This document shows positions 36,358-45,966 of a stretch of DNA of 64,000 nucleotides, one piece after another (within the stretch, counting starts at the first letter, position 1; the number at the start of each line of letters is the position of its first letter). A program made the translations under genes and the position numbers. The stretch lies in IMG/VR virus record IMGVR_UViG_3300049845_000291, positions 32,001 through 96,000 of that record. One strand, written 5' to 3'. The notes beneath the pieces were generated by a model, which searched no databases, had not been told where the DNA came from, and was given only the letters and a program-made list of their open reading frames with translations. The stretch is from a virus.

Positions 36358-36780
36358 TTGACCAACGAACAACGAGCGAAGCTGCTCCACCAGGCTGGAG
36401 CAGCCGCTCTCGAGCTGAACAGGCAACTGAACCTGCTGTATGATGGGTACGATTTCTGCATCTCTCGATATCACTTTGACGGTGCGCTAGAACAGCACGA
36501 GCTCAAGGAGCTGCAGGCCTCAATCAAGGAGCTTTCAACCCTACCCAAGATGGTGGCGTTGGAGCTCAATGCTTGGAGTCAAGATCTCGAGCAGACATTC
36601 AGCCGAATCGGGTTTGAGATCCACGTGCTGAATGAGATCATGATTCACATGCACGCCGTTGCGTTTTTCCTGCAGCGGTACAAGATCGATCTTGAGCCGT
36701 TCAGCCTCAAGCTCTCGGCGGAGTCAATCGCTATCCTGAGAATGACCAACCGACTGCTCAGTACGCCTGCCAAGGCCTAA
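36358..36780 (+). CDS. Hypothetical late protein
   Basis: TAAATA, AGGAG RBS and TTG start. Confidence 0.6.
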   Translation: MTNEQRAKLLHQAGAAALELNRQLNLLYDGYDFCISRYHFDGALEQHELKELQASIKELSTLPKMVALELNAWSQDLEQTFSRIGFEIHVLNEIMIHMHAVAFFLQRYKIDLEPFSLKLSAESIAILRMTNRLLSTPAKA

Positions 36781-36804
36781 ATACTCAAAAGCACGCGAGA
36801 CCCC

Positions 36805-37869
36805 ATGAACCTGATCAAGTCCCTGTCACAACCAAAGTCAAGTGTGTTGGACATCAAGCCTGGAGCGCTCGTCCAGCTCAAGGAAGACGTTGAAGGATTG
36901 AGCACGATCAAGGAGATCTTGACCGACGTCGAAGGCGCGGTGCGTGTACACCCTCCATTGAACGGGTACCAGTACTGGCGACTCGAGGAGCTCGAGGCCA
37001 CCGAGGTCTTCGAGGCCAAGCTCTCAACAGATCGGATCTTCATGGTCTCGGTTCCGGCCACCGTCTTCAATGGACGGCACTATGAGTTCGGTTCGACGCC
37101 CATCAAGGTCATGGCCTCAAGCGCCGATGAGGCTGCTAGGTTGATCAATGATAATCGAGACGATGTGCTCCGGTTCTTGGGCACTCGCCGTGTGCAACCT
37201 AGCGGCAAGCCACTGCTCGATCCAAAGTGCGACGCGAAGAAGTGCGTGTTCTTCAAGGACACGTACTACACCAAGAGCTACCCGGCGAAAAGCAGCCGCG
37301 ACGTGCTGACCCGCCATGGCGGGTTCAAGATGGTGAAGATCCAAGAGCAGGTCGAGACCTCGCTCTTGAAGCGCGCGCAGCTTGATGAAGGGACTTGGGT
37401 CGTCAAGAACAAGGACGGCAAGGAGAAGCGTTTCAAGGACACTGATTCACCAGAAGCCTTGGCCTGGAAGAACTCCTCAGCAGCTCCTAAGAAGAAAGCT
37501 GAGAAGTACTCCGACGAATGGTGGGAAGCTCAACGTGCCACCGGCAAACACGATGGCAAGATGCCATACACTGCGATCGACCAGGCCGAGCTCGAGTTTG
37601 GTGTTCTCGCGGATCTCGTCAACCCAAAAGGATACGAGATCAACGACTTCTACATCACGTCAAAGGGCGACATGATGATCGACGGAACCACGGTTGCTGT
37701 GGCCACGGTGCGCATGACGTACGAGTACGACATGAAGGAGCTGGGGTACACTGACGCGGACATCGAGCGCTCTGGAGCTCAAGATGGTCGAGGTCTTGAG
37801 TCCATGTATCTCAAGGTTCGTCGTGACCGGGCGAACCCAAACAAGATCGTGCTTGTCGGCGAATTCTAA
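36805..37869 (+). CDS. Multidomain late protein, putative internal head protein
   Basis: TAAATA at 36778; internal VFE/IQE/LDE candidate cleavage sites. Confidence 0.6.
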   Translation: MNLIKSLSQPKSSVLDIKPGALVQLKEDVEGLSTIKEILTDVEGAVRVHPPLNGYQYWRLEELEATEVFEAKLSTDRIFMVSVPATVFNGRHYEFGSTPIKVMASSADEAARLINDNRDDVLRFLGTRRVQPSGKPLLDPKCDAKKCVFFKDTYYTKSYPAKSSRDVLTRHGGFKMVKIQEQVETSLLKRAQLDEGTWVVKNKDGKEKRFKDTDSPEALAWKNSSAAPKKKAEKYSDEWWEAQRATGKHDGKMPYTAIDQAELEFGVLADLVNPKGYEINDFYITSKGDMMIDGTTVAVATVRMTYEYDMKELGYTDADIERSGAQDGRGLESMYLKVRRDRANPNKIVLVGEF

Positions 37870-38237
37870 TCCTCGTCGAAGTCGTCCGTCTCGATGACGG
37901 TGTTGCCGAGGTAGAACGTCCCGTTCTCCTCGCTAACCGTGAGCCCATTGGGGGCTTCGATCATGCGGCCATCTTCCTCGCCGACGGGAGACTCGATGAG
38001 CTCGATCGGCACGGCGCCAAGCATCCCACTGTCGACACCGTACTCCGCCCCGTTCTGATCACGGTATGTGCCGTCACCGTACTTGGTCGACGCGGCCCAG
38101 AGCTGGTGGCCCTCGAACTCGACGACCTTGCCGTCGCCGAATCCCTGGACCGTGAGCAATCGATCCCACGTATCTCGATCGTTGTCGAACACGTAACACG
38201 GATCGCCGATGAAGTACGTTCCGGGTGGCAGCTTCAT
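37866..38237 (-). CDS. Hypothetical phage protein
   Basis: YFIGDPCYVF...TKYGDGTY...GVDSGMLG. Confidence 0.65.
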   Translation of the reverse strand: MKLPPGTYFIGDPCYVFDNDRDTWDRLLTVQGFGDGKVVEFEGHQLWAASTKYGDGTYRDQNGAEYGVDSGMLGAVPIELIESPVGEEDGRMIEAPNGLTVSEENGTFYLGNTVIETDDFDED

Positions 38238-38602
38238 GATGCGTCTCCTGTCCAAGGACGGTCCTTGATCTTGTGGCCGAGTCCGACCAAAATCGCACGC
38301 ACTGGGGTGGTCATGACCGGTCGAATGGTCACCTCAACGACGAAGAGAGGGCTCGACCAGCGCATGCCGTCGATGGCGTTCCAGAGCTGCACACTGCTCG
38401 CGGCACTGTTCGCTTCCTGCTCAGTGGCGAACAGCGCCGCGTTCTCCTTGTGGCCGGTCCACGATCGATCGGCACGCAGCAGCATCCCATCAGGCTTGCC
38501 AGACCAGCCACGCTTGCCGAACCACTTCGACCCGCGTACGACGTACATGGTTGGCGGGTGGTGACCGGATGGTCCAGTCGGAGGCCATGTCGTGCTCATC
38601 AC
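38234..38602 (-). CDS. Hypothetical protein
   Basis: GGAG RBS; coupled ORF. Confidence 0.5.
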   Translation of the reverse strand: MMSTTWPPTGPSGHHPPTMYVVRGSKWFGKRGWSGKPDGMLLRADRSWTGHKENAALFATEQEANSAASSVQLWNAIDGMRWSSPLFVVEVTIRPVMTTPVRAILVGLGHKIKDRPWTGDAS

Positions 38603-38631
38603 AGCTCCAGAATCGGGTGCCCTGTCGTCGC

Positions 38632-38644
38632 CTGGTGTCGCCGG
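38632..38644 (-). repeat. CCGGCGACACCAG element
   Basis: Starts 3 nt after the stop of 38648..39154. Confidence 0.8.
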
Positions 38645-38647
38645 ATG

Positions 38648-39154
38648 TCAGCGTGCCGACATTGCTCGGCTGACTGGGCCACCGGACTTCGATTCGGAGA
38701 CCTTGGGCGCGACGCCGACGCCGCGAACCTTGAGGCGCTTGGCGGGGAGGAAGCGTTGCGCCGCCTCTTGTGGCTTGTCCTTGTTGGCCTTGGTCTCGAC
38801 GGCGAAGTACACGCAGCCGTTGATGAACGTGGTCTTACTGACCACGTGCCCACGAAAGCCCGAGACCACGTCTTCGACCTCGGCGCCGAGTTGAATGCCT
38901 ATGTCGTCGGCTGGAACCGCCTCGATCGGTTGGAAGTCCTTGTACCCGGGGATCTTCTTGGGATCTGCGATCTCGACGATCTGGATCTCGTCGATGTTGT
39001 ACCCATCGGGGTACTTGCCGTCCTTGAAGTCTGTGCCACGAGGCTGGAGCGCGAACTGCGTCATGCCGCCGATGTAGTCGATGCGCTGCGTGACGACGCC
39101 GATGTAGCCGCTGACGACGTCTCGGCACAGGGTTCCGAGTTTGATGGAGCTCAT
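38648..39154 (-). CDS. Hypothetical protein with an internal two-domain duplication
   Basis: IKLGTLCRDVVSGYIGVV and IQLGAEVEDVVSGFRGHV. Confidence 0.7.
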   Translation of the reverse strand: MSSIKLGTLCRDVVSGYIGVVTQRIDYIGGMTQFALQPRGTDFKDGKYPDGYNIDEIQIVEIADPKKIPGYKDFQPIEAVPADDIGIQLGAEVEDVVSGFRGHVVSKTTFINGCVYFAVETKANKDKPQEAAQRFLPAKRLKVRGVGVAPKVSESKSGGPVSRAMSAR

Positions 39155-39239
39155 TGCTGGTCCTCGTGTGAAGCCCCAAGCGGGGCGGTTAAGGGGTTCT
39201 TGGACTGGGAGCGCTGCGGCTGTCTGGAGCGGTAGGCCA

Positions 39240-39671
39240 TCACGCGGGGCGCAGCGTCAGACCGCGGCGGCGCGCGATTTCGTTGATCTGCTCAATGCTG
39301 AGCGCCTGCGCGACCAACATCGGCTTGCGGGCGCGCAGATCTTCACAGGCCTCGCGCCACTGCTGCTCGCCGTACCTGGCGCGGCACGACGCGTCGAAGT
39401 ATGGGTCGCCAGCCGTGATGTTCCCGGGATCGGCGTACGGGGGCGCGGCGATGAACTTGCGCGCGTCGTCCTCGAGCTGCGACCAGCCCTTCTCGCTGAC
39501 CTTCAGCTGGTTGTACCTCGCCATCGCCGCGACCGCGTCGCGGCGAGCGTCCATGATGTTGATGGTCGGTCCTTTGATCTGCATGCCATCGTGACCACCG
39601 GTTGCAGCCAGCAGGGCCAACAGCGCCGTGTACAGCTCGTCGGCGACGCTCGGTTGAGCTTGCGTGTTCAT
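39240..39671 (-). CDS. Hypothetical protein
   Basis: Start MNTQAQ with AGGAG RBS. Confidence 0.6.
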   Translation of the reverse strand: MNTQAQPSVADELYTALLALLAATGGHDGMQIKGPTINIMDARRDAVAAMARYNQLKVSEKGWSQLEDDARKFIAAPPYADPGNITAGDPYFDASCRARYGEQQWREACEDLRARKPMLVAQALSIEQINEIARRRGLTLRPA

Positions 39672-39701
39672 GTGAGGGCTCCTATGTGGACGTGCTGTTG
39701 A

Positions 39702-39730
39702 TGTCGCCGGCGACACGAGGTGTCGCCGGC
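39702..39730. repeat. CCGGCGACAC hairpin element
   Basis: GCCGGCGACAC-GAG-GTGTCGCCGGC; the core is identical to 7566-7588. Confidence 0.9.
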
Positions 39731-39738
39731 TCGGTGCT

Positions 39739-40740
39739 TCAGCTGTTCACCATGGCGTACAGACCGATGCGGCGCCACGTGTCGGGCTTGTTCACGCGGG
39801 CCTTGACCACGTTCACCAACGAGCGCAGGTTCAGCTCCTGCACCATCGGGTTGTTCGCGTTCTCGGCCACGAACTCGAGCGCCTCGAGCTTGGCGTCCAT
39901 GTCGAACTCGGGCATGAACTCCTCGGACTGCACGATCACACGCATGCGCTCGATGACCTCATCGCGCGTCATGCTCACGTCGGCGCACATGGCACGGGAG
40001 CGGATGGCCTGCGGAACCTTGTGCTTCGGCATGTTCGAGATGAACACGACACCACCTTCGAACTCGAAGGTCTTGGGCAGGTCCTCGTCGCCCCAGCCTT
40101 CGGCGTTCCAGGTCACGATGCGCGTGTCGTAGCTGTCGAGCGCCGCCTTCAGGATGTTCACGGCGTTCGGATCCTTCAGGATCGAGTCGCAGTCGTCGAA
40201 CACGCAGATCTGACGGCGGTTCTCGTACAGCGTGCGGAACAGACCCTTGGCCGTGCTGTACCCCTTGACCACGACGTAACCGCGCTGGCCGTCGAACTTC
40301 GCGCCGATCTCCATCTTGGAGATGTCCTTCAGGCCGCTCTTGCGCAAGGTCTTCATGACCGTGAAGGACTTGCCGAGACCACCTTCGCCCGTCACCAGGG
40401 CCGAGGCCATCTGGTAATGCGCGACCATGTCGACGTAGTCGCTCATGATCTCGAAGCGCTCGTTGATCGGGAACTCGTCCTCGACCGACGGTACCGGCTC
40501 GGTCGGCTCGGTGGCAGCGGCGCTCGGAGCGCCTTCGACCGAGGGGGCCTTGCCGATGACCTCGAGCTTGGTGATGCCGTAGTTCTTGGCCTTCTGGCTG
40601 AAGCCGCCTTCGATCACGCGGCGCAGGTAGTCGGGACCACCGACGGGATCGCGATTCGAGGCGAGGACCTTGCCGTCGGCGGCGCGCGCTTCCCAGCGGC
40701 CCATCGAGTCGTTCCAAACGGCGGTGCAGGTCTTGCTCAT
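39739..40740 (-). CDS. P-loop (AAA-like) ATPase
   Basis: GEGGLGKS, CVFDDCDS, FISN, AIRSRA. Start MSKTC with GGAG RBS. Confidence 0.8.
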   Translation of the reverse strand: MSKTCTAVWNDSMGRWEARAADGKVLASNRDPVGGPDYLRRVIEGGFSQKAKNYGITKLEVIGKAPSVEGAPSAAATEPTEPVPSVEDEFPINERFEIMSDYVDMVAHYQMASALVTGEGGLGKSFTVMKTLRKSGLKDISKMEIGAKFDGQRGYVVVKGYSTAKGLFRTLYENRRQICVFDDCDSILKDPNAVNILKAALDSYDTRIVTWNAEGWGDEDLPKTFEFEGGVVFISNMPKHKVPQAIRSRAMCADVSMTRDEVIERMRVIVQSEEFMPEFDMDAKLEALEFVAENANNPMVQELNLRSLVNVVKARVNKPDTWRRIGLYAMVNS

Positions 40741-40839
40741 GTAAGTTCTCCAGGTCGACGTGATGATAGATGAATCATACGTCGGTTTCTGGCCAGAGAA
40801 CACCAGGTTTCTGTAACGGCGCTCTGAAAACTGTAACGA

Positions 40840-42102
40840 TCATTCGTACACCACGCGATCGATCGCGAACCAGCGCGAGTGGTACGGCACGTACGTCTGC
40901 CTGTACGGCGGCGTGAGCAGCCAGATCCAACGACCCGGCTTCGAAGGAACTACACGATTGCCCGCGCCATCGGTAATCACCACGACGCAGTCTGGGTAGC
41001 GCCGTTCCTTGGCAAGCTCGGTGCATTTCTGCTCGATGATGTGGAAGTACGTGCCACCACCGATGCCGAGCTTCTCACCGGTCTTGACCTCGTTGACGGA
41101 GGTATCGAACGCGAAGGTGCGAGTCTCGAACAGGTCCTCTTCCTCTTCGAATGCCTGGCGGATCCGACTGAAGTGCTCGATGTACTTCATACACGAGCCA
41201 GACACGTCGAAAAACACGGCGGCCAGCAGCTTGTCGGGATCGGGCTTGGACTCAACCCGGCCAGGCAACATCATGGTCGAGCTGCTCAGGCGGCGGTTCG
41301 TTCTAGCGAAGCTCTCTTGCTCCTTCTGGGCGCGTTTGCGAAGCTCGCTGCGCTTGAGACCGGCGACGATGTCCTTGAAGTTCACCTTCGGCGGGATGCG
41401 TCGCTCGAGCTCGATGTTGAAGGGCGACAGCGAGATCCCGCGGCCGCCTTCAGGCCCCATGTTCTTGATCATGGCCTGGAGCTCGTCCCAGGACAGGTCC
41501 TGAGCAAGCTGTCCTGCCAAGGCGTCGGGGTCGTTGTCGTCCGCGTACCCACCTTCGTCGGAGTCGTCGTGCTCATCGAGAGTTTGCACGCCCTCGGGGA
41601 CACCTTGCTCGATGAGCTTGCGCAGGTAGTACAAGAACACCTGATTGGGCTCGATCTGCTCGGGGTTCCTGAAGCAGGTCTCAATCCAGCAGTACTTGCT
41701 CCAGTCTCGCAGCAGACCACGAGGAAAGCTGAACAGGTTCACGATCATCTCGTTGATCGTGATGTCCTGCGCGATGTTCACGATTCGTGGAGTGGCGCCA
41801 GGGATGTGCCGTGCGTTTCGCACCCCGTGATCGAGCAAGACGTGCAAGCACTCGTGGATGATCACGAAGATCCGCTCATCCTCCTCGAGCGCGGCCCAGA
41901 ACGCCTCGCCAAGGATCATGTGTGACCGCCCACCGGGCGGGAAGGCCACGCAAGCGGTCTTGGTCTTCTTGCCGAAGTAGATCTCGGACAACGACCAGAA
42001 CGTGTCGAACACGCGGTGGTACTGCTCCAGTGATTGGCTGAGCTCGCGCTTCAGCTCCGCCGGGATCGGCCGGATCGTGGGTTCTGGCAGGTCCTTGAAC
42101 AT
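40840..42102 (-). CDS. Metallopeptidase-VWA domain protein (DUF2201-like)
   Basis: HECLH zincin motif, NIAQD, MIDAS DVSGS, GGGT, VITDG. Confidence 0.88.
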   Translation of the reverse strand: MFKDLPEPTIRPIPAELKRELSQSLEQYHRVFDTFWSLSEIYFGKKTKTACVAFPPGGRSHMILGEAFWAALEEDERIFVIIHECLHVLLDHGVRNARHIPGATPRIVNIAQDITINEMIVNLFSFPRGLLRDWSKYCWIETCFRNPEQIEPNQVFLYYLRKLIEQGVPEGVQTLDEHDDSDEGGYADDNDPDALAGQLAQDLSWDELQAMIKNMGPEGGRGISLSPFNIELERRIPPKVNFKDIVAGLKRSELRKRAQKEQESFARTNRRLSSSTMMLPGRVESKPDPDKLLAAVFFDVSGSCMKYIEHFSRIRQAFEEEEDLFETRTFAFDTSVNEVKTGEKLGIGGGTYFHIIEQKCTELAKERRYPDCVVVITDGAGNRVVPSKPGRWIWLLTPPYRQTYVPYHSRWFAIDRVVYE

Positions 42103-42290
42103 CAGAGGCTCACCAGGATCGAGGCCAAGAGCGCCAAGACCCAGAACTTCCAGGTAAAGCTCAGCAGCAGCTTCAGCAGACGCTGCCTGATCGTCGGCCC
42201 GTTGACATCAGGGCCGAGCGCGATGCACACCATCAAGAAGAACGTCAGGAAGTACCCAACGCCGTTCAGGGCAAGGATCAAGTTCTCCAT
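42102..42290 (-). CDS. Small two-TM membrane protein
   Basis: MENLILALNG...; two hydrophobic segments. Confidence 0.5.
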   Translation of the reverse strand: MENLILALNGVGYFLTFFLMVCIALGPDVNGPTIRQRLLKLLLSFTWKFWVLALLASILVSL

Positions 42291-42291
42291 G

Positions 42292-43554
42292 TCACATCCA
42301 TTTCTGTGCTGCAACGCCGAGCAGGTACGTGTGCCCGTTGACCTTCTTGCGCTCGTCCTTGGAGAAGAACGAGAAGGTCTTGTCATTCGACGAGATCAAC
42401 AGCGCCAGGACCGTGAAGTTCGTGTTCGACCCGTCCTCGTTCTTCATGGCCGCTTTCAGCGGGCCGGCCGCGAGAGTTGACATGGCGGCCGCCATGTGCG
42501 ATGCCAGGAGCTTGAGTTGCGAGTTCTGCGCCTGCACCAGGCGTTTGATCTCGTCAGCAACCGACCCATGCTGCTGCGACAGCACCACCGAGTTCACTCG
42601 CCGCGTGATCTCAGGGTCGCCGATCTTGAGACCCTTGAGCTGGTTCATGAGCTCTTGCATGGTCACGATCTGCTTGTCCTGGTTCGTGAGCACTGGGGTC
42701 AGAGCCTCGATGAGCTCCTGCGGCATGACGTCGCGGTACGTTTCGAAGAACTCGATGGCCTGCTTGTTCTTGGCGTTCACGAGCTGCAGAAGCTTCGTGG
42801 CGTTGTTGATCTGGTTCACGAAGGCCTTGGCCGCCGCGCGAGTCTTGATCTCGGCAAGCTGTTCTTGGAAGGTCTTCGAGCGAATCGAGGCGACCAGCTT
42901 CGAGATGTTCACACCTTCCGGCAAGAAGTCCTGCAGTGTGCACCCATGCTCGTGTGCCCGCGCCGCGTACTCGAGACGTCGAGGAGAGATCTTGTGCTGT
43001 TGGTCTTTCGGCAGGTCGCGCCACCAGGTCACGAACGCGTGTCCGGTCTCAGGGAACTGGCGCTTGAAGTACGCCTCGTCCACGTCGTAAGGGACCGCGA
43101 TCTGCACCTGGAACCGGTCCTTGATGGCGCGGTCGAGCTCGTTCACAGTGTAGTCTTCGCTGTCAGCCGGGTTGATGGCCGCCCAGATCAGACGAAGCTT
43201 GTTGAGCTTGAAGCCGTTGATGCTGCGGAACTGGATGAGCTCCATCAGCGCGTTCAAGACCTTGTCCGGCGCGCGGTTGAGCTCGTCGATGAAGATCGCC
43301 TCGATCTCATCAGCCTTGACGAACTCGGGGCGCACTAGGTCGAGCATCTGACCACCACGCTTCTCGTCGCTGATCGCGCGCGGCACACCAACGAGGTCAA
43401 CCCACGGGTCCATGGTGGGGGCCGAGAAGTACTTCGACTTCAGGCCGGCGAAGGCCTCGTTGATCAGCGCGGTCTTGCCGACGCCGGCATGACCCTCGAG
43501 CATGACGTTGTACCCCAGATCGCGGTACATCGCGAGTCGTTCTTGAAGCTTCAT
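42292..43554 (-). CDS. MoxR-like AAA+ ATPase
   Basis: GHAGVGKT, DLVGVP, FIDELNRA, AAINP, DRF, SPRRLE. Start MKLQERL. Confidence 0.88.
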   Translation of the reverse strand: MKLQERLAMYRDLGYNVMLEGHAGVGKTALINEAFAGLKSKYFSAPTMDPWVDLVGVPRAISDEKRGGQMLDLVRPEFVKADEIEAIFIDELNRAPDKVLNALMELIQFRSINGFKLNKLRLIWAAINPADSEDYTVNELDRAIKDRFQVQIAVPYDVDEAYFKRQFPETGHAFVTWWRDLPKDQQHKISPRRLEYAARAHEHGCTLQDFLPEGVNISKLVASIRSKTFQEQLAEIKTRAAAKAFVNQINNATKLLQLVNAKNKQAIEFFETYRDVMPQELIEALTPVLTNQDKQIVTMQELMNQLKGLKIGDPEITRRVNSVVLSQQHGSVADEIKRLVQAQNSQLKLLASHMAAAMSTLAAGPLKAAMKNEDGSNTNFTVLALLISSNDKTFSFFSKDERKKVNGHTYLLGVAAQKWM

Positions 43555-43733
43555 TTGGTCGGCAGAATGATGAAACGCTTGACGTCGGGCACGCTGAAGT
43601 GCTCTTGACGGTGTACGCGGAACTCGCCCTTGGTCCACACCGCAGCTTGGGCACCGGTCACCCCGAACACCCAGCACACCGTGCCTTCTTCGAGGCGGGC
43701 CAGCGCCTCTCGGGTTGCCTTGGTCCAGTTCAT
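43551..43733 (-). CDS. Small hypothetical protein
   Basis: ATGA-coupled at both ends. Confidence 0.5.
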   Translation of the reverse strand: MNWTKATREALARLEEGTVCWVFGVTGAQAAVWTKGEFRVHRQEHFSVPDVKRFIILPTK

Positions 43734-43981
43734 CTGAAGCTCTCGATGCGCTCTATCGCCAGGTTTGTTTCGTGCATGCTCTCGCAGTTGACTTGGATGT
43801 ACCGACTGCCGTCTTTATCTGCCCACAGCATGATGCATTCTTTCCATGGTTTACCGTAGATCTTGACAAAGGTGCCGCCTACCAAGACCCGGTACCAGCG
43901 GAACTGCACGAGCCTCTGCTCAATGTTTTCCAACAAGGCGAACGGGTCGAAGCTGACCAAACGACGGATCAAGAGAAGCAT
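43730..43981 (-). CDS. Hypothetical protein
   Basis: Probable start MLLLIRR after GGAGG. Confidence 0.45.
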   Translation of the reverse strand: MLLLIRRLVSFDPFALLENIEQRLVQFRWYRVLVGGTFVKIYGKPWKECIMLWADKDGSRYIQVNCESMHETNLAIERIESFR

Positions 43982-44334
43982 GCGTCTTCCTCCAAGCGGC
44001 GCTCCCACGCGATGGTGTCTTCCTCGCTGTACGCGGCCGAGCCGTACGCCGGGAAGGTTTCCTCCCAGCTCTCGAAACAGACAGGGAGCTTGTTGAAGTT
44101 CTTCAGGCGAGCGGTCAGCCGCTCGGCCATCACACCAGCGTCCTGCAGCAGCTCGCTCTCGATGCGACCAGAAGACACGTGCAAACGGCGACGATTGCCG
44201 AGCTCGTCCTCTGCTACCACGTACGCGGCAAACCCGTAGATATGACCGCGCGGGTTGTCGAAGTCCGCGTTCTCGGGGTTGGTGCCAAGAACGACGATGT
44301 CGGTCATCGGCGCGAAGGTCAGGTTGGTGTGCAT
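43969..44334 (-). CDS. Hypothetical protein (leaderless candidate)
   Basis: ATG at 44334 with TATGAT 6 nt upstream and GTTACA a further 20 nt upstream; PAYGSAAY motif. Confidence 0.6.
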   Translation of the reverse strand: MHTNLTFAPMTDIVVLGTNPENADFDNPRGHIYGFAAYVVAEDELGNRRRLHVSSGRIESELLQDAGVMAERLTARLKNFNKLPVCFESWEETFPAYGSAAYSEEDTIAWERRLEEDACFS

Positions 44335-44424
44335 GCTTGCATCATACACCAAGAACCAATTCAATCTGTAACAGCACAGAGAGTGTAACGTACAATCAAG
44401 ACATGCCGTCACCGGAAGACGGCC

Positions 44425-44874
44425 ATGACCCCTATAAGTTTGAATAGCGTCGCGATTCAGTGGCGCGAATTTTTGAAGGACGTGCCAATCAAGACGGCCC
44501 TCAATGAGGCTGGGCACGTTCAGGGCGCGTGTTCGGTGTACAAGCTTCAGATAGACCTAATCGCCGAGCGCACAACAAGCTGGTGGTACGTTGGGTACAC
44601 CGCGCGCGACCCCAAGATTCGCTTGATCGAGCACTGCTCTGATCTTCGAACCTGCCATGTTACCGTGAACAACTCAAAGTCCAAGCTCTACGACCCAGAG
44701 TTCATGCACGGGCTGCAGCTCATCAGCCTGAACATGTCAGTCGTTCAAGGTGGGCTGGATGCGAATCAGGCGCCCATGATGGAGCGCCTGATTGCGATGG
44801 GGCTACGGAAATCAGTTGGTGAGGCATTACTCACCAAGCAGCCAGACCCTAAGTTTAGGGTAGTCTACGGCTGA
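44425..44874 (+). CDS. Small GIY-YIG-like nuclease
   Basis: SVYKL...WYVGYT..DPKIRLIEH...MER. Confidence 0.55.
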   Translation: MTPISLNSVAIQWREFLKDVPIKTALNEAGHVQGACSVYKLQIDLIAERTTSWWYVGYTARDPKIRLIEHCSDLRTCHVTVNNSKSKLYDPEFMHGLQLISLNMSVVQGGLDANQAPMMERLIAMGLRKSVGEALLTKQPDPKFRVVYG

Positions 44875-45349
44875 TGTACTCGGCCAGCGCGTACTTGAAG
44901 TTCTCTTCGAGCTGATCTTCTCGAATCTCGATCAGCTCGAGCTGTTCAGGAATCGAGGCGTGATCTCCAACATCGACCAACAGCACGCCCTTGTGTGTGG
45001 CCCCGTTCAGGAGCACGTCAAGCGCGACCTGAAAGTCTGGATCGGCCGGGTCAATGGTGCCCAGACGCTTCATTTGTTGCGCCAACGCTCGAACCTCTGC
45101 AGAGATTGCCGCCTGCATTTCAGCAGCCGCAACGAGTTGCTCTACAGCACGCCGGTGCATCTCATTCAGCTCGGTGTTCGCTATGCACATCGTGATGACT
45201 GCCTCCTCAAGGCGGTCAACAAGATCAGTAAGACCTAGCTCCCCGTCTTCAGTTTGCTCTTCGAATGTCTCCAGGATGGCGTTCAAGGCTCCAAGGAGCC
45301 TAGCATGGAGATCGGGGACCTCGTTCTTTGGTCTTGAGCTCAGGATCAT
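44855..45349 (-). CDS. Hypothetical acidic helical protein
   Basis: Coupled ORF. Confidence 0.55.
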   Translation of the reverse strand: MILSSRPKNEVPDLHARLLGALNAILETFEEQTEDGELGLTDLVDRLEEAVITMCIANTELNEMHRRAVEQLVAAAEMQAAISAEVRALAQQMKRLGTIDPADPDFQVALDVLLNGATHKGVLLVDVGDHASIPEQLELIEIREDQLEENFKYALAEYISRRLP

Positions 45350-45966
45350 TTCTCACCTCGTTCGCGCTTCAAGCGCGCCTCATGGTCACCTGGGAAGTAC
45401 CTAGCGTGACACCTCGTCCAATCATCACGAAAGCAGGCCTGAGCTTCTTGAATCGTGATGCTCTTCGCGTTGCAGACCTCCTTGCGAAGGCGGACCTCCA
45501 ACCTGGTCTTTTCGTACACCGTCCACTCAGCACGGTACTCATGGGGCCAGAGGTTCTCGATGTCGTTTGAGCCACCAACCGCGAGCGGGATCAGGTGGTC
45601 GATCTTGCAACCGCCGCGGCACTTGCTTTTCTCAACCCCATAGTTCTGGTACACCTTGTTCAGGCGGGACCGTGGTACAACGCGTGCGCGTTCTGTGTAT
45701 CCCTTCTGGCAGACGAGCGCGGTGTCGGTTGTCGCGACAGCGCCAGGGGTCAGCACTGGATCGGGTAGGTGGTAGTACGATCGAATGGTTCGCGTCTCGG
45801 AGGCGTGCGCTAGATTGACGTTCGCCAGGCCGACGAGAACCAAGACAGCAACGACGATTAGACCGACCCAGAGCAAACCGCGCTGTTGCTGAGTCAATGG
45901 CTTGAAGTTCAACACCATCAACCCCGCTAACAGCGCTACTGCTAGTAGGAAAAACAGACCGCTCAC
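45346..45966 (-). CDS. HNH-like nuclease with N-terminal membrane/signal segments
   Basis: IDHLIPLAVGGSNDIENLWP; two hydrophobic segments, then AHA-S. Confidence 0.7.
   Translation of the reverse strand: MSGLFFLLAVALLAGLMVLNFKPLTQQQRGLLWVGLIVVAVLVLVGLANVNLAHASETRTIRSYYHLPDPVLTPGAVATTDTALVCQKGYTERARVVPRSRLNKVYQNYGVEKSKCRGGCKIDHLIPLAVGGSNDIENLWPHEYRAEWTVYEKTRLEVRLRKEVCNAKSITIQEAQACFRDDWTRCHARYFPGDHEARLKRERGEK

Noticed and set aside
38273-43338. Long + strand ORFs (38273..39235, 40021..40773, 40879..41925, 42496..43338)
   Set aside because: They are antisense shadows of GC3-rich - strand genes that have recognisable motifs.
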